From positions 1 to 64,000 of the forward strand of contig QPGO01000114.1 in NCBI GenBank assembly GCA_008632985.1: DNA of 64,000 nucleotides, in the 5' to 3' direction. Under the pieces are notes generated by a model, which was given only the letters and a program-made list of their open reading frames with translations, was not told where the DNA came from and ran no database searches. Below, one piece after another: positions 12,751 through 24,999 of this stretch (position 1 is its first letter; each line of letters begins with the position of its first letter). Position numbers and translations under genes: made by a program. The stretch comes from Psammoneis japonica. Taxonomy: Eukaryota.

Positions 12751-15700
12751 ACACACCGCACCATGGTGCACAAAATTCGGAGGCCCACCACTTTGAGTTG
12801 GCCAGGGTGGGGCTGGTTGGTCACGCACGTTTTGGTTGGATGTGATGAGCAACTGGCCATGCCCTGCAGGAAAAGCTGTTTGGTGGCGTGTGATCAAGCA
12901 GAAGCAGCCAACTTGCAGCCAAAAAGCAAAAAACACGGAGTGGGTCAAGATGTGGCAAAGTGGCATGACAACAAGCAACGAGAAGAAACCCAACTTGACT
13001 CATGAATGTGGCGCACAAATGTTGTCCAATGGCTTTGATCCTGTCTGGAAAAGCCAGCTGGTTGACAAGTGAACGGCGTTCACGTTGCTCGCCATGGTGT
13101 TGTTGTGCATCATGGTGCCGCTGTCATTGCGCGGGAAGGACTGGGATCCATTTTACCCACAGTGACTCTGTTTGTCAACAGTGTGCATTTTGCTGCATGA
13201 AGTCTGAAGACATTCTGAGAAGTGCTTCAGGCGGGTGACCCTGTTCGCACCGTCAAACAGCAATTTTTTAACTCAGATTCCACAGTTCTTTGGGGGTGTT
13301 CTGCACTTTTTTGAGTTCATCTGTGCCTCAAGCTGGAAAGAGAATCATCCATGAAGTGCCGCAAGGAAGTCAACCAGACATGGGAAGGCATCTCAAGGAT
13401 TGACTCCTGTGACCTGCAAGCAGCACTTGATGTGGACTGTGGTCTGCATGATCCCCTTTGACCCACAAGCAGCATGGCACTTTTTGCTTGAGTTCATCAT
13501 CCACAGAAGGATGTTCCTTTGCAAACAACTCAAGAGATTTGTTGAACAAGGCCTGTTTCATGTAAAACCAGAGGATTTGGGAGAGGCTGTCGACAAACGA
13601 CATGCTTCGAAAAGGGCTGCAACAGATGCAAGAAGGGCCCGCCCTTCAATTTTGCTCTTGGCATTTGTCCTCTTGACCAACAACATTCCACATTTGGGTT
13701 GGATGCAGAAGTTGTGATGGCATCAAGGATGATGCCCTTGCAGCTGCTTCTCTGCACAGGCACCGCCACGAGCAAACAGCGCCGCATCTCTGGGCAACTC
13801 ATGGCTTGAGGGAATCATTTCTCTGAAATGCTGAGTGCAACCTGCACATCCTTGGCATCCAACAACTTGTCTGTGGTGCTCAGCACGGTGTCCTCTTTTT
13901 TATCTTGATTGGAAGAGAAGCAAGAATGAGTGCCATCCATTCCTGTGCAACTTGATGCTGTGGCCACAGCACTGCTGCTTCAATCCCTGTTGAATCCCAA
14001 CCAGCAAGCACAGACAAACTCCGGCAATTGTGCCATGCTCAACCTCCAACACCTGGATCAAACCAAAGGCACCAGGACATGTCACAATGCAGCTTGCATC
14101 CCAAAGAGAAATGAACAACAAACCAAGAGGGAAGAACAAAGACAATTGACTCAAAACTGGCAATGACAAACCTGCCAATCTCAAAGTGACACCCGCTTGA
14201 AGAGAAAAGATGCTTTGACTGAAAGTGTGGCTTTCGTGCCCAGCCACCAGCCCTGAAACCAAATTGCTTGTTTCCAGCATTTGCAGCACCCGATTGTGCT
14301 GCAGGTTGGTGGCAGCTTCTTGAGATCCAATTCAACAGCTGCAACATCCAAGCCACTGGAAACAGCACCCACACGACACCACTTGGGAGGTTGGCTGTTG
14401 GAAGCAGGATCCATCGCAGTTCTGCAGCTTGAGCAACAGATGTGTTTGCCATCAAGACTGGCACAGAACAATGTCAGAGCAAAGCATGCAGACAACACCG
14501 CCATGTGTCACAATGATCTGACAAGCACATGGTTCAACAACACCCCAGCAATGCCCAGCAACCAAAATGTCTGCTGTGACTCAACAAGAGAAGCAGCATT
14601 TTTGTCGTCCATGTCAACGCACATCAGTTTGAAACCCAATGGCCTGGGGAACCAGCAAATGAATGCCAAGTCTCCACCCACCATGGTTGCAGGCAGGCCT
14701 TGAACCCAATGCATGAGCTGTGCTTTGCCAATCAGAATTAGACCGCATCCCAACAATGTTGCAGAAAGCCCCAACCTCACAGTGACAGTTGCCAGCAGTT
14801 CATCATTGGCATGACCACTGTTCATGCAGTGCTGGGCAATGGTCCAAGCCATTTGTGACAAAAACATGAGACCCTCATCTTGCGCTTGTCCCATGGCTGG
14901 CAAGAGGCAAAGTCAACAGAAATGACAAACAAACTTGATGAACCATGCCCGATCCAATTGTGAGCTTGGTTGAACTTGGCCATGTGCAGAGCAAAGCTGG
15001 GGTCTCAATGCACGCACAATGTGTGGGGAAGCCCAAATTGGACTCAGCTCCTTTTGCTTCAATGCATGTTTTTGTCAGCGTTGCTCCGTCTCCGCCATCC
15101 CTCAACAAGCTGAGAAGAAGGCACAGGTTCATTGTTCACAATGGCGCTGCAATTGTCCTTTTCTCCCCTGAGCAGTTGCATGGGCTCCTCCACCAGATGG
15201 TCAACAATTTCAGCTTCTGAAGAGAAAATTGCAGAGCAGCCCAACAAACCAAGTTTGTGGTTGCTTGGCAAGAGCAATGCACTTGGTTGTGGCAGCAAAG
15301 GCATCAATGTTGATGGTGTGTCTTCATGCAATGTCAGCCCAGAGCAGCTCTTTCTGTTGCAACAAACACTCACAATGTTCATCTTGTTTAGATCTCTCTC
15401 CCAGCATTGTGTCTTCTTCAATTTCTTCTTCTCAAAATCACTGTGCTGTCTTTGAGACTGACAAAGTCTTGATTTTCAGATCCATGATTTTGAAATTCTC
15501 CAAACAGCCAGTTGTGTCACTGAAGAACCCTGCTTTGAGATTGTGGAGTGAACCATCCACAATGATTTTGGGTCATTCAAATCAAGCTTCAACAGCTTTG
15601 ATTGAACTTCAGCAGAGTGGCAGAACAAAATTCAATGTGAAATTCCTCCAACACTTTGACGGCACTGTCCACAACAATGTTCCATCACAAATCAAACTTG

Positions 15701-15809
15701 GAAGTGATGAACAAGTTCTTTGGTGGATGCAGACATGGCATTGCTTGTCAAATTGTTGTGGCCACATGGTGGCAGGCCTCCAAATTTTACACACCATGGC
15801 GTGGTGTGT
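12751..15809. mobile_element. ~3.06-kb element bounded by 41-bp inverted repeats (possibly Tc1/mariner-like, heavily decayed)
   Basis: 12751-12791 acacaccgcaccatggtgcacaaaattcggaggcccaccac vs reverse complement of 15769-15809 acacaccacgccatggtgtgtaaaatttggaggcctgccac; 33/41 identical. No transposase recognised inside. Confidence 0.7.
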
Positions 15810-16364
15810 TTTTTTGGATCTCTCCCTCTAGCGGGAATCAGACAAAACCAAAAAAGTCTGAAAAACCATTTGCATGTAAGAGGCATTGCTTCTCAATCAA
15901 AGTTCAATCTTTTGAATGATCAACAAATTTTTCATTTGTCAAAAATGAGCACATGAACATTCATCATCAGAGCATTCAACAAGACCATCATTTCTGTGTG
16001 AGTGGTGTTGAACTCAGGTTGACAAAGTGGACATCACAGACAATGCAGTCGAGCAAACAGGGGGCAGCTGTCATGCTTCAAGTTGACTTTAGTGCCGTGT
16101 CCAACATGTGGCCAGGCGTGGCATCAATGGTTGCTGTGGACAGTTGGTTTGCATGCTGTCTGGGCAGGTGGAGGTTGATTGAATCGGGGGTCCTTTGGTG
16201 TTTGCAAAGGAGCAGACCTGTGCCATCTTCCCACTGGGGTTGCCTGGAGCTGATTTGAGAGGCGGGAATGCAGGATCCCTGGAGACAACGGTGGGTTGCC
16301 CGAACTGTGGCGACACTCATCCTTGCATTCATTGGCAATTTTGGTGGGAAAAAAGTGTGCATTG

Positions 16365-16740
16365 TCCTGATTGTCACAGAAAATCTGTGTCAATTTGAAA
16401 ATCTGTGAGATTGTTTCAGGGACCGAATGAAATCTGCAAGATTTTAGAACGGAAAATCTGGAATCTGCCCCGTCTGTCTTCCCCCCTCAGTTGCACAAAT
16501 GTGCACAGGGTGCACGTGTGCCGTGCCGGGAGGACCACTTTTGCTGCGCTGGGCCTTCAGAGGGGTTCTTCAAAGATTGCATGATTTGACAAATTTTGGA
16601 AAAAACTGGCTCCAGTTTTAGCAGAACAATTGAAAATCTGTGCTTTTTGAAAATCTGCAACTGTTTCTGAGGACCCCTTGAAAATCTGCAAGAAATCTGA
16701 ATCCCAAATCTGTGCCACAGATTTTCTGTGACAATCAGGG
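16365..16740. mobile_element. MITE (~376 bp) with 24-bp perfect TIR and internal aaatctg repeats
   Basis: cctgattgtcacagaaaatctgtg (16366-16389) is the reverse complement of 16716-16739. Flanked by TG on the left and CA on the right, compatible with a mutated TA target-site duplication. Confidence 0.75.
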
Positions 16741-19303
16741 CAAATGTTTGACAACAACATCAATGCATCCTCGTGAAAACACTTTTCTGCTTTCACTTGC
16801 AGTGTGGTCCAAGAGTGATTCCCGCTGTGGGGATGGATCATTTTCTTTTGTGTGGCCTGGGTGACAAGTGGCAAGAGTGACAATTTTCAAATCTCCGCAT
16901 GACAGACGGACACACTTGTTGTAGAAGACATGGCCTGCCTGCCTGTCTGCCCACCTTTGTGTCTCAGATGTCTGCATGAGCCAGGGGTCATCACACACTC
17001 AGCCCTGGATGCACTTGAGCCGCTGGCCTGAAATGTTGATGTCATGCGCACATTTTGATCCAGCCGCTGTGAAAAGCCAATGACTCCGGCAGCAACAAGC
17101 AAGTTTGTTCTCAACAGGACATTGCAGCACTCTCATGTGTTCTTTCCTTCATTGTGACATGCAACTTTTTTGTTTGAAATCAATCCAAAACATCTTGTTT
17201 TCCACTTGCAAATGTGCAGGACCATTGCAGAATCCCACATGTTGCCAGTCCAAGTTGCAACTCATTCGAAGTTTCAGTTGCCCAAACATCCCCATTTCAA
17301 CGGATTTGGGTCAAGGTGAAGTTGTTCAATTGTTTTGAAAAGAAGTGCAGCAAAATTGGGACAAGAGCACTGCTGTTGATGCCTCCGATCATTGGATGGA
17401 TGCCGGAACATTCATTGTGAGGTGAGCACTCGAGGGCAAGTTTCGCGGCATTTTCTTTTGTTTTGCTCTCAAAACAAATTGTTCTCAACATCTTTGTTGT
17501 TGGGGTGAAGTTTTCTTGCCTGTTCTTTTGGAAAGAATGAGAATCAGAAGAGCAGCAAAGCGCAGACAAAAATTTTGTTGTGCAAATCAAACGTCTGAGG
17601 AGCCACTCCCCACCAGCAAGTGGCACCACTTTCTAAGACAGACCAACACAAGAGCCCTGGACAACCAGTTCGGATGTGTGTTGCATTGACAACAGATCTC
17701 TAAGAGGCACTGCATGCCTTGGAGACTTTCTTCTGCTGCTTTGGCTGGACAAGCACTGTCCGTCGTGACCTCCAGCCCAACAGCTTCCGGCATCTCAAGC
17801 ACTTGTTGCACTGTGCTTCCAGCTCCAATCACCCACAATCATTAAAATTTGGGACTCATGACAAGACACAGTGAATTTGATGACAACATGTGACAAATCT
17901 TCTTGCAGCAGTCCAAGTGGATTTGGTTGTCAAGATGAGCAGCTTGCAAACAACTTGAAGGCGGGTCTGTGTTTGTTTCTGTTCACATGAAAGCACCCAT
18001 GCAAAAGCACCCTAAAAAGCCAGACACCTCAGCCCATCATCTTCCATGAACACACAAGTGAACAGATGTGATTGCATCCAATGCACTTGGACTTGAACAT
18101 TGGAAATGGCGTTGCCGGTTGATGCACCTGTGGCAGAAATTTTGGCGGAGAGCAAAAAAGTGTCAGCAAAAGTGCGACAACTGACAGTTCGAGCGGCAAT
18201 CGCCTGATGACATCCTTCCCACAGGATCAATCAAGACATTCCTTGTGGGCTCACCAATCAAATTAAAACATTGACGAAGTTGCAACCGAGCAACCAACAT
18301 TGTCCACTGCATGTTCTTGCCACAGAAAAGCATGAAGCAAGGCGGTGCTTGACCAACCAGCACGAATGTCAGGTGACTTCATTCACACCAAATCTTTCAT
18401 TGAATTGTTCAATGAATGTGTGGACCTTTCATGAACTTCAGCTGCAGAGGCATTTGCAACCTTCAATTGGGATGGAGGCAACAACAGCAAAAATGCACGA
18501 GAAACAGTGATGTGAAAAATAAAAGCATCTGAAGGAAAAATTCGAGTGGCAATCGCTGCGCCACATGATGCTTTCAATGGGGTTTAGAAAGACTCTGCAG
18601 ATGCAATTGCCACTTGATTGTCAACATTGATGCCACCACAAACAATTTGCTCACCTTGGTTGAAGTCTTTTTTCTCGTGCAAAAAGCATGAGAATTGTGG
18701 GGTGGCAGACAAACGTGCAAAAAAATGTTTCAGTCAAACATGGCATCTTTTGATTGAATGTCTCCGGCCATTTGCCCAACTCAGACAGCTTTGCTTAAAG
18801 CTGGACTGTCTGAGTTGGGCACACAGGGACATTGAACCACCACACTTGGTTTTGTGACTGACTTTTAAGCTGCTTGTGAGTTGAAACAAGTGCAAGATTT
18901 GGCGGGTGACATCACTCCCTCCACGAGGAGGCAGCACGTTGCAGGCGTTGTTGTCATCATTTTTTTCATGCTCTGCACTTGCTGGCAACTGCATTTCCAT
19001 GCAATGCAATGTCTTGCAATGACAAGGAAAATGCCCCGATTGCTTGTTGAGCTGGCAAGTTTTTCTTTTTTGGTGTGTGCCACGTTTCAACCAGCAACAG
19101 CACTCAGTTGCAACAGTCTGTTGCACACATGATTGTGCTGTTCTTGTGCTCCACTGTCTTTGCTTTTTTGGCATCAGACGACCCAAAAAGTTCTCATGTT
19201 GAAGTGCTGGAAGATGAGCATCCCCCAAAAGAGGTGAAAGTGGAAAAAAGACTTGTGGTGATGGCAAGGCTTTTCATGCTGGCAGACTGGGTGCCATTTT
19301 CTG

Positions 19304-22300
19304 TTGTTGCATGCCGTGCTTGCACTTGCATCATTCAGTGACCACGCTCCCCTTGCCATTGTGGTGCAGCAGCTGGTGCAAAAGTGGAAAAAAACTTGCA
19401 ATGATGGCAAAGTGATGAGACTTTTGCACAAAGAGCATGCAGAAAAAAGACTGGATGTGTCAAAGCCCCCCATCATGACCACCGTGATGATGAAGCAACT
19501 CCTGGGGCTGTTTCCCAATGTTCCTCTCCCCTGCACTGCTGCTGCGATGCTTGAGTGCAACAATCCAACACAGCAACAGAAGGATGGGCCAAAATGTCAT
19601 CGCTGCCCACCTTTCCCAGTTTGCAGTTTCACTGAGACCCTGCAGGATCTCTTCACCAAGCCAGTGTTCTGTGATCTTTCCAAGTTGCAGGTCAATCCGA
19701 GTGACATTTGGTCACCTCATGTGCCACCCCCCACTGACGGTTGTTTGGATTCCAGTGCTGGCTGGGCCAAGGATGTTGAGATGTCATTCCCGGATTGTCC
19801 TGGTGACTGGCAATTGTCCACTCAAAGTCAAGACATGGGTGATGGCAAGTGGCAACAATGTTGCTCCAATGCCAACAAAACAGCCTCTGATTTTCATGTT
19901 CACCTTGTCAATCACTCGGACAAGACCAGAACCAATGCGGTCAATCCTCATGGGATGGAGCCTGCCAATGTGCTCACTTGCCATGATTCAAGAGAATGCA
20001 CACTGTGGCTGTTGTTGTTGTTGTTGTTGGCATCCACTTGGATTCACACCCAATTTGGACAAGAAAGACAAGCTTGGGCACCTTGTTGTTGACAACTGTC
20101 GCCGCATTCTCAAGGAGGTTCTCCGTGGTCTGCTTCATTGCCAGGCAAATCCACCCATTGTTTGTGCAACAATGGGCACTCAATGCCACCATGTCAGAGC
20201 CACAACACATTGCAACTCCCTGTTGGGGGTCATCCTCAATCAAGAATGCATTTGTGGAAGAGTCATGAGCCAAAGCAAGACCAAGAGGTTGTCTCACAAC
20301 TGCCATGTGCCCTCCCACCTGTCTGATGATCCCCTCCATGTCTGCCAATTCTTTGGCCAAGCTTTCATTGAGTTGCTCACTGTTGATGCATTGGGTCTGG
20401 ATCCAGAGGATGACAACAGCGAAAAAAAGGCTGAGACTGAGCCAGCTTCCTCCCTCATTCGCCGAATGACCACATGCTCCAAAACATTGAGGAAAGTGTT
20501 TGGACAGCATGCGGTGGACAATGCTTGCTTTCCACTTGACATGGGTGACAACCCACGCGGTGCATTCGGCATGACCATTGCTGATGTGATGCAGGTGTTG
20601 GAGGTGGGTGTTGTCCCTCAAATGATGGAGGTGACAATGGGAGAGATGTCCGCCAAACAGAAAGAGGAACACGACCGGATTGCATCTGAATTGTTCTGCA
20701 CATCCCATTGTCGTCCAGGTCAGAGACGTGACCATTCACAAATTCGAGTCAATGGGGGACTTTTCACACTCAGTCAACTTGCGTGTGATGAGAAGATGGG
20801 CAAGCTTCTTGCACTTGCAGTCATTGGCCACACACATGCTGGCAGAAAACTGCTGGAAAAAAGGTGCAATCCATCCTTTGACAGCAAAAAGAAAAAGACG
20901 GCTGATGGCTTTAAAGGAAAGAAGCAACAAGAAGAACAGTTCGCCAAATCATCAGAAAGTGAACCCAATGATGAGGACCCTGATCCTGCTGAACCATCAA
21001 ATGAACCAACTGGCAAAACAAACACAACCCCAGTTGATGAGAATGCACCTGTTGCATTTCCTAAAGAGGCATGGTGTGATGTCACCTGCGATCCATCCGA
21101 TTTCCATCACCGCAACCATGTGATGCAACAGATGCATCATCACAGCCTTTCTGAATTTTGGGAACCATTTCCAATCAACTGGATGACCGCTGCTTTTTGT
21201 CATGCCAGAAGATTGCATGGGATGAAACCAAGTCATTGAAGATGGAAACAACACGCTGTTGAGACTTCACCTGATCAATTGTTGATGCCCGGACTGCATG
21301 GTCTTGTCGCTGGTTTGGTGGATGATTGGAACAACTTTGCAAGGTGTGCGGACAGACGGCCCTTTCTTCTCACAAAGACAAAATTGCCAAGCACTGTCAT
21401 TCATGCTGAAACAGAAAACAAACTTCCGGAATCCTTCATGAAGATCACAGATGATGAAATGACAGCCAAAAAATCCGTCGATTGTGGAGTTGATGAGTTG
21501 CTGGACTTGTTGCATCACATGCTGCTTTTTCATTCATTTTGTCTCCATGGCAAGGGACTCTGTGGAAAAACAGGAAAGGTGGATTTCAAGTGCCGCGTCA
21601 TTCTGCTCATGTTCAAGATCAATTCATGCCTTCGTCACGCAAGGAACACTTGCTTGTTCCGAGCCGCCAAGTTCCACTCTGTGCTGCATCTCATTGTCAA
21701 CTCTTTCCTTTGTGGCCAGATTGCAAATTTCTCTGCCATGATTGGAGAGAGTCACCTGAAGTTCTGGGCCAAGCTTCTGGCAAAAACTTGCCAGGTTGCA
21801 TTGGGTGCAGACAATTGCTTGGACCAACTTGTTGTTTGTTTGCATGACATGGCAGTTCTTGAGAAGGCACACAGCCTTCTCATCCCTCCCACTGTTGGTC
21901 AGGTGAGCGTCTTCCTCTGAAGAAAAATTGATGCACCCCTTGTTTGTTGTGAACAGAACTGCCTGAACTTGCTGCCAGTGTTCAGGTGGCAACAAGGTCC
22001 TGGTCGTCCCAGAAACTGCAGAGTTGGACTCTGCCCTGCTGCAGAACTGTCCGCCAAGCACAATGAAGTTGTTGTTTGCTTGGAGTTTGCCACACCAGAG
22101 AAGGGGATCTTACAACAACAACAGGTTGCGGTGTGACACACCCAGGGTCTTGTACGAAGAGGGAGCTGGTCAGAAGAAAAGGCACCCTTTTTTGCTCCGT
22201 GGTTTTGTGTCAGCTGATGATGAAACAACGCCACTTGCCGCAGGACAGTGATGCAAGGAACAGACAAAGATGTTGTGTGACATGTCTTCCAACAGTGTGG

Positions 22301-22520
22301 TCAAGTGCTGGGAACTTGAAACAACAACTGTTGGTCGTGGCAGAGATTCTCAGACGATCCCAAAATTTTGGCATGCCAGCAGAGATGCAATTGCAGCGGG
22401 GGGGTTTCTGTCCTGGTTCCTGACAACTGCAATGGAGACAACGTTGAAGTGGTGAGATGCTCTGTCTCATTGTTGTTTGTTGCAGACAGACACAATGACT
22501 GGCCAAATCATTTCCTGTCC
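19304..22520 (+). mobile_element. Degenerate Plavaka-type (CACTA/CMC-related) transposase, several frameshifts
   Basis: Motifs HSDKT...MEP; VDNACFPLDMGDNPRG..G...DVMQ...VG; AKFHSVLH.....CGQIANFSAMIGESHLKFWAK.LAKTCQ; C-terminal FVADRHNDWPNHF. These resemble Plavaka transposase motifs as I recall them (KfH..H...fG...N....gE..lK..aK). Confidence 0.65.
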
Positions 22521-22669
22521 AACAAAGTGCTCCAGCTTCACTCAGACAAATGCAGGAAGCAAGAAAAAGGTGAACGACAACGCACCTTGGGAAAAAGGAA
22601 ATGTTCGCAAATGTTTTTTAAGCATTGTGAGTGCTCCAATGAGCCAGCTGCAATGGCATGTCAACCCAT

Positions 22670-24900
22670 CTAAAAGCATCTGTTGGATCCACTCCTTGTT
22701 GCTCCTTCTGTCAGCAACTGGAGCGAGCAGCAAAAAATTGCCAACTTGTCTAAAAGCGCTGGTTGGTCCTGCTCAGTGTTGATTCTTGAAATTTGAACAA
22801 ACCCCCTCTGCTTCGTCAAGTCATGCTTTGACTTGCCACAAGAGCAAACATCGACATGAGTTGACAAATCACACCATTGATTGCCAATGAAATGTCCAAT
22901 CCTGTGCTCCAATTTGTCAGGCCACAAACCACTTGTCGACTTGTTCGAATGCTCCAAAGAGCAAATGGGTGACACACCATGCTCGCTGGATGCAAGGCAG
23001 CATGGATCCTTGTGCAACATGTTGTTCATTGATCGATGTTCCCTGCAGCCTGGTTGGCCACATTTGGCCCAAGTTGGTCTTCTGCCATTTTTTCTTGCAA
23101 CTTCAATTGCATTTTGAACAACTTCCCTTGCCTTCAATGAGGAGATCCATTTGCCTCTTGTGTGTGCTTCCTTCCCCACAACACACATGTTGACAAAGAG
23201 ACAAAATCCAGAATTGCCCTTGGATGTGTGCGCCTCTGCGGCATTTCAAGGGGAGGGTTTGTCCCATCATGGAAGCCAATTGCCTGACCTTGTGCTCGGC
23301 AACCACTGCTTGGGCAAGTTGTTCTTCCTGGCTTTGCAACAAAACAAAAGTTCCCTGGCAGATTTGTGACTTCCATCAGAACATCAAATTGACTGGAAAT
23401 GAGTGCACAGCAGATTTGCATCTCCTTCATGTTGGTCAATGAAGGATCCATGCGTTGAAATCTCTGTAATGTCAAGCATGTCATTCCGCTCACATCGCCG
23501 TTGTTCTTCAATCATCACTTCATCATCAACACCAACTGGTGACGCAACAATCCCATTTCATTTTTCTGCAACAAAGTCTTCACAGATTCTTGGTTTTTGG
23601 GTTTCACAGATTCCCTCAATGCAGCCAGAGCAACAAGAGGTGCACCGTTGAATTCCACACCCACAAATGCAGCAAATTTGTCTCCGTGGTGGAAAGCAAT
23701 GCATCCCTCGCAGTGAAGCATGAAATTGAACCAGCTGTGGAAAATTGATCCCAGGAGAAGGTCTCTGTCTGAGCCTTTGTCAACAAGCAATCATGACATG
23801 CCCTTGTGATTGCCGCTGTCAAATTGCTGAAGGTGACCCCCAACACATTGGGCAGCGCACTGAATGTCATCTTTGTTCTCCATTGTGGAAAGGTTGAAGC
23901 TGTCTGTCTGTGATTCCAGTTGTTCCAACAGGGCATTTGCATGTTCACAATCCGTCTTGAACAGTGGCTTTCGCAACTGGATTCCGACAATCTCTCTGTT
24001 GCATGACAGATGGTCAAAAGCTGTGATTGTGATGGGCACAGAATGCCTTTTCAGCTCATCCACCAAATCATTGCCAATGTTGTAATCCCGCCAATCATCA
24101 ATGAACATGACACCATTGCTGACATCATCCAAGAGGAGTTCCCACTTGTTTTTCAAGTCAAAGTGTTTTGGAGGGAAGCTGGTCATGTGAGATCCTGCCT
24201 CATTGAGTTTTTTAGCACACCTTGCAATTGTTCTGGGCAACCCAACCAGGCTTGGCATTTCTCAGACAACCTTTGTCTTTCTTCCAGCATTTCTCCTTGG
24301 GGAGACCTTTGTGTTCCCTGCAAAGCTTTTTGGCACACAATGTGAACCAAAATCACGGTCAGTTGCAAAATCCACTGTCTGCGCCAGGCAGAGAGATCTT
24401 TTTCCTTTTCTGTTGATCCAGGCTTTGCAACACCTGATCCACCATTGCGGCTCCAACCTTGAGCAATCACTCCATTCACACCAAAATCTTTGGCAACAGT
24501 CCCTCGAAATGAACGGTCAAACTTTGCAGAAAGTAAAAACTCTTGTGCCAACCCACTGCTCAGCCCCTGTTCAACAATCTTTCTGAGCTGCATCAACAAA
24601 CCCAATCCAAGAATTCTTTTGTCAAACTTGCGTGACCTGAACATGCAATTGTTGGCAATTCCTTCCATTGTGTCAAGGTGTTCAAAACAAATGGATGAGT
24701 TGGATCGCCTGCCTGGTGTGGGTGATTGGCGTCCGAACGCAGAATCTCTGCCTTGCATTGAAGGTGCCCACACATTTGCTCCAAAGCATTTGGACCCATT
24801 GCACCATGTGCTGTTGCACACAGCTTGAATTGGATGACAAGGGAACACCTCATTCCCTCCCTGCCTGGTTTTTCAACAAAAAGAATTTCATTGTCAAGTG
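22670..24900 (-). pseudogene. Decayed unknown coding sequence
   Basis: Chain of protein-like minus-strand ORF pieces (24183-24848, 23791-24258, 23134-23511, 22670-23188). No family recognised. Confidence 0.3.
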
Positions 24901-24999
24901 CATCAGACAGCTTGTTGGACTTCCGGCGAGGTTGTTTCAGGCAGAATTTTTGCTTGACTTCTCTTTCATTGTTCAAATGTTGCCAATGCTTTTGGGGCG

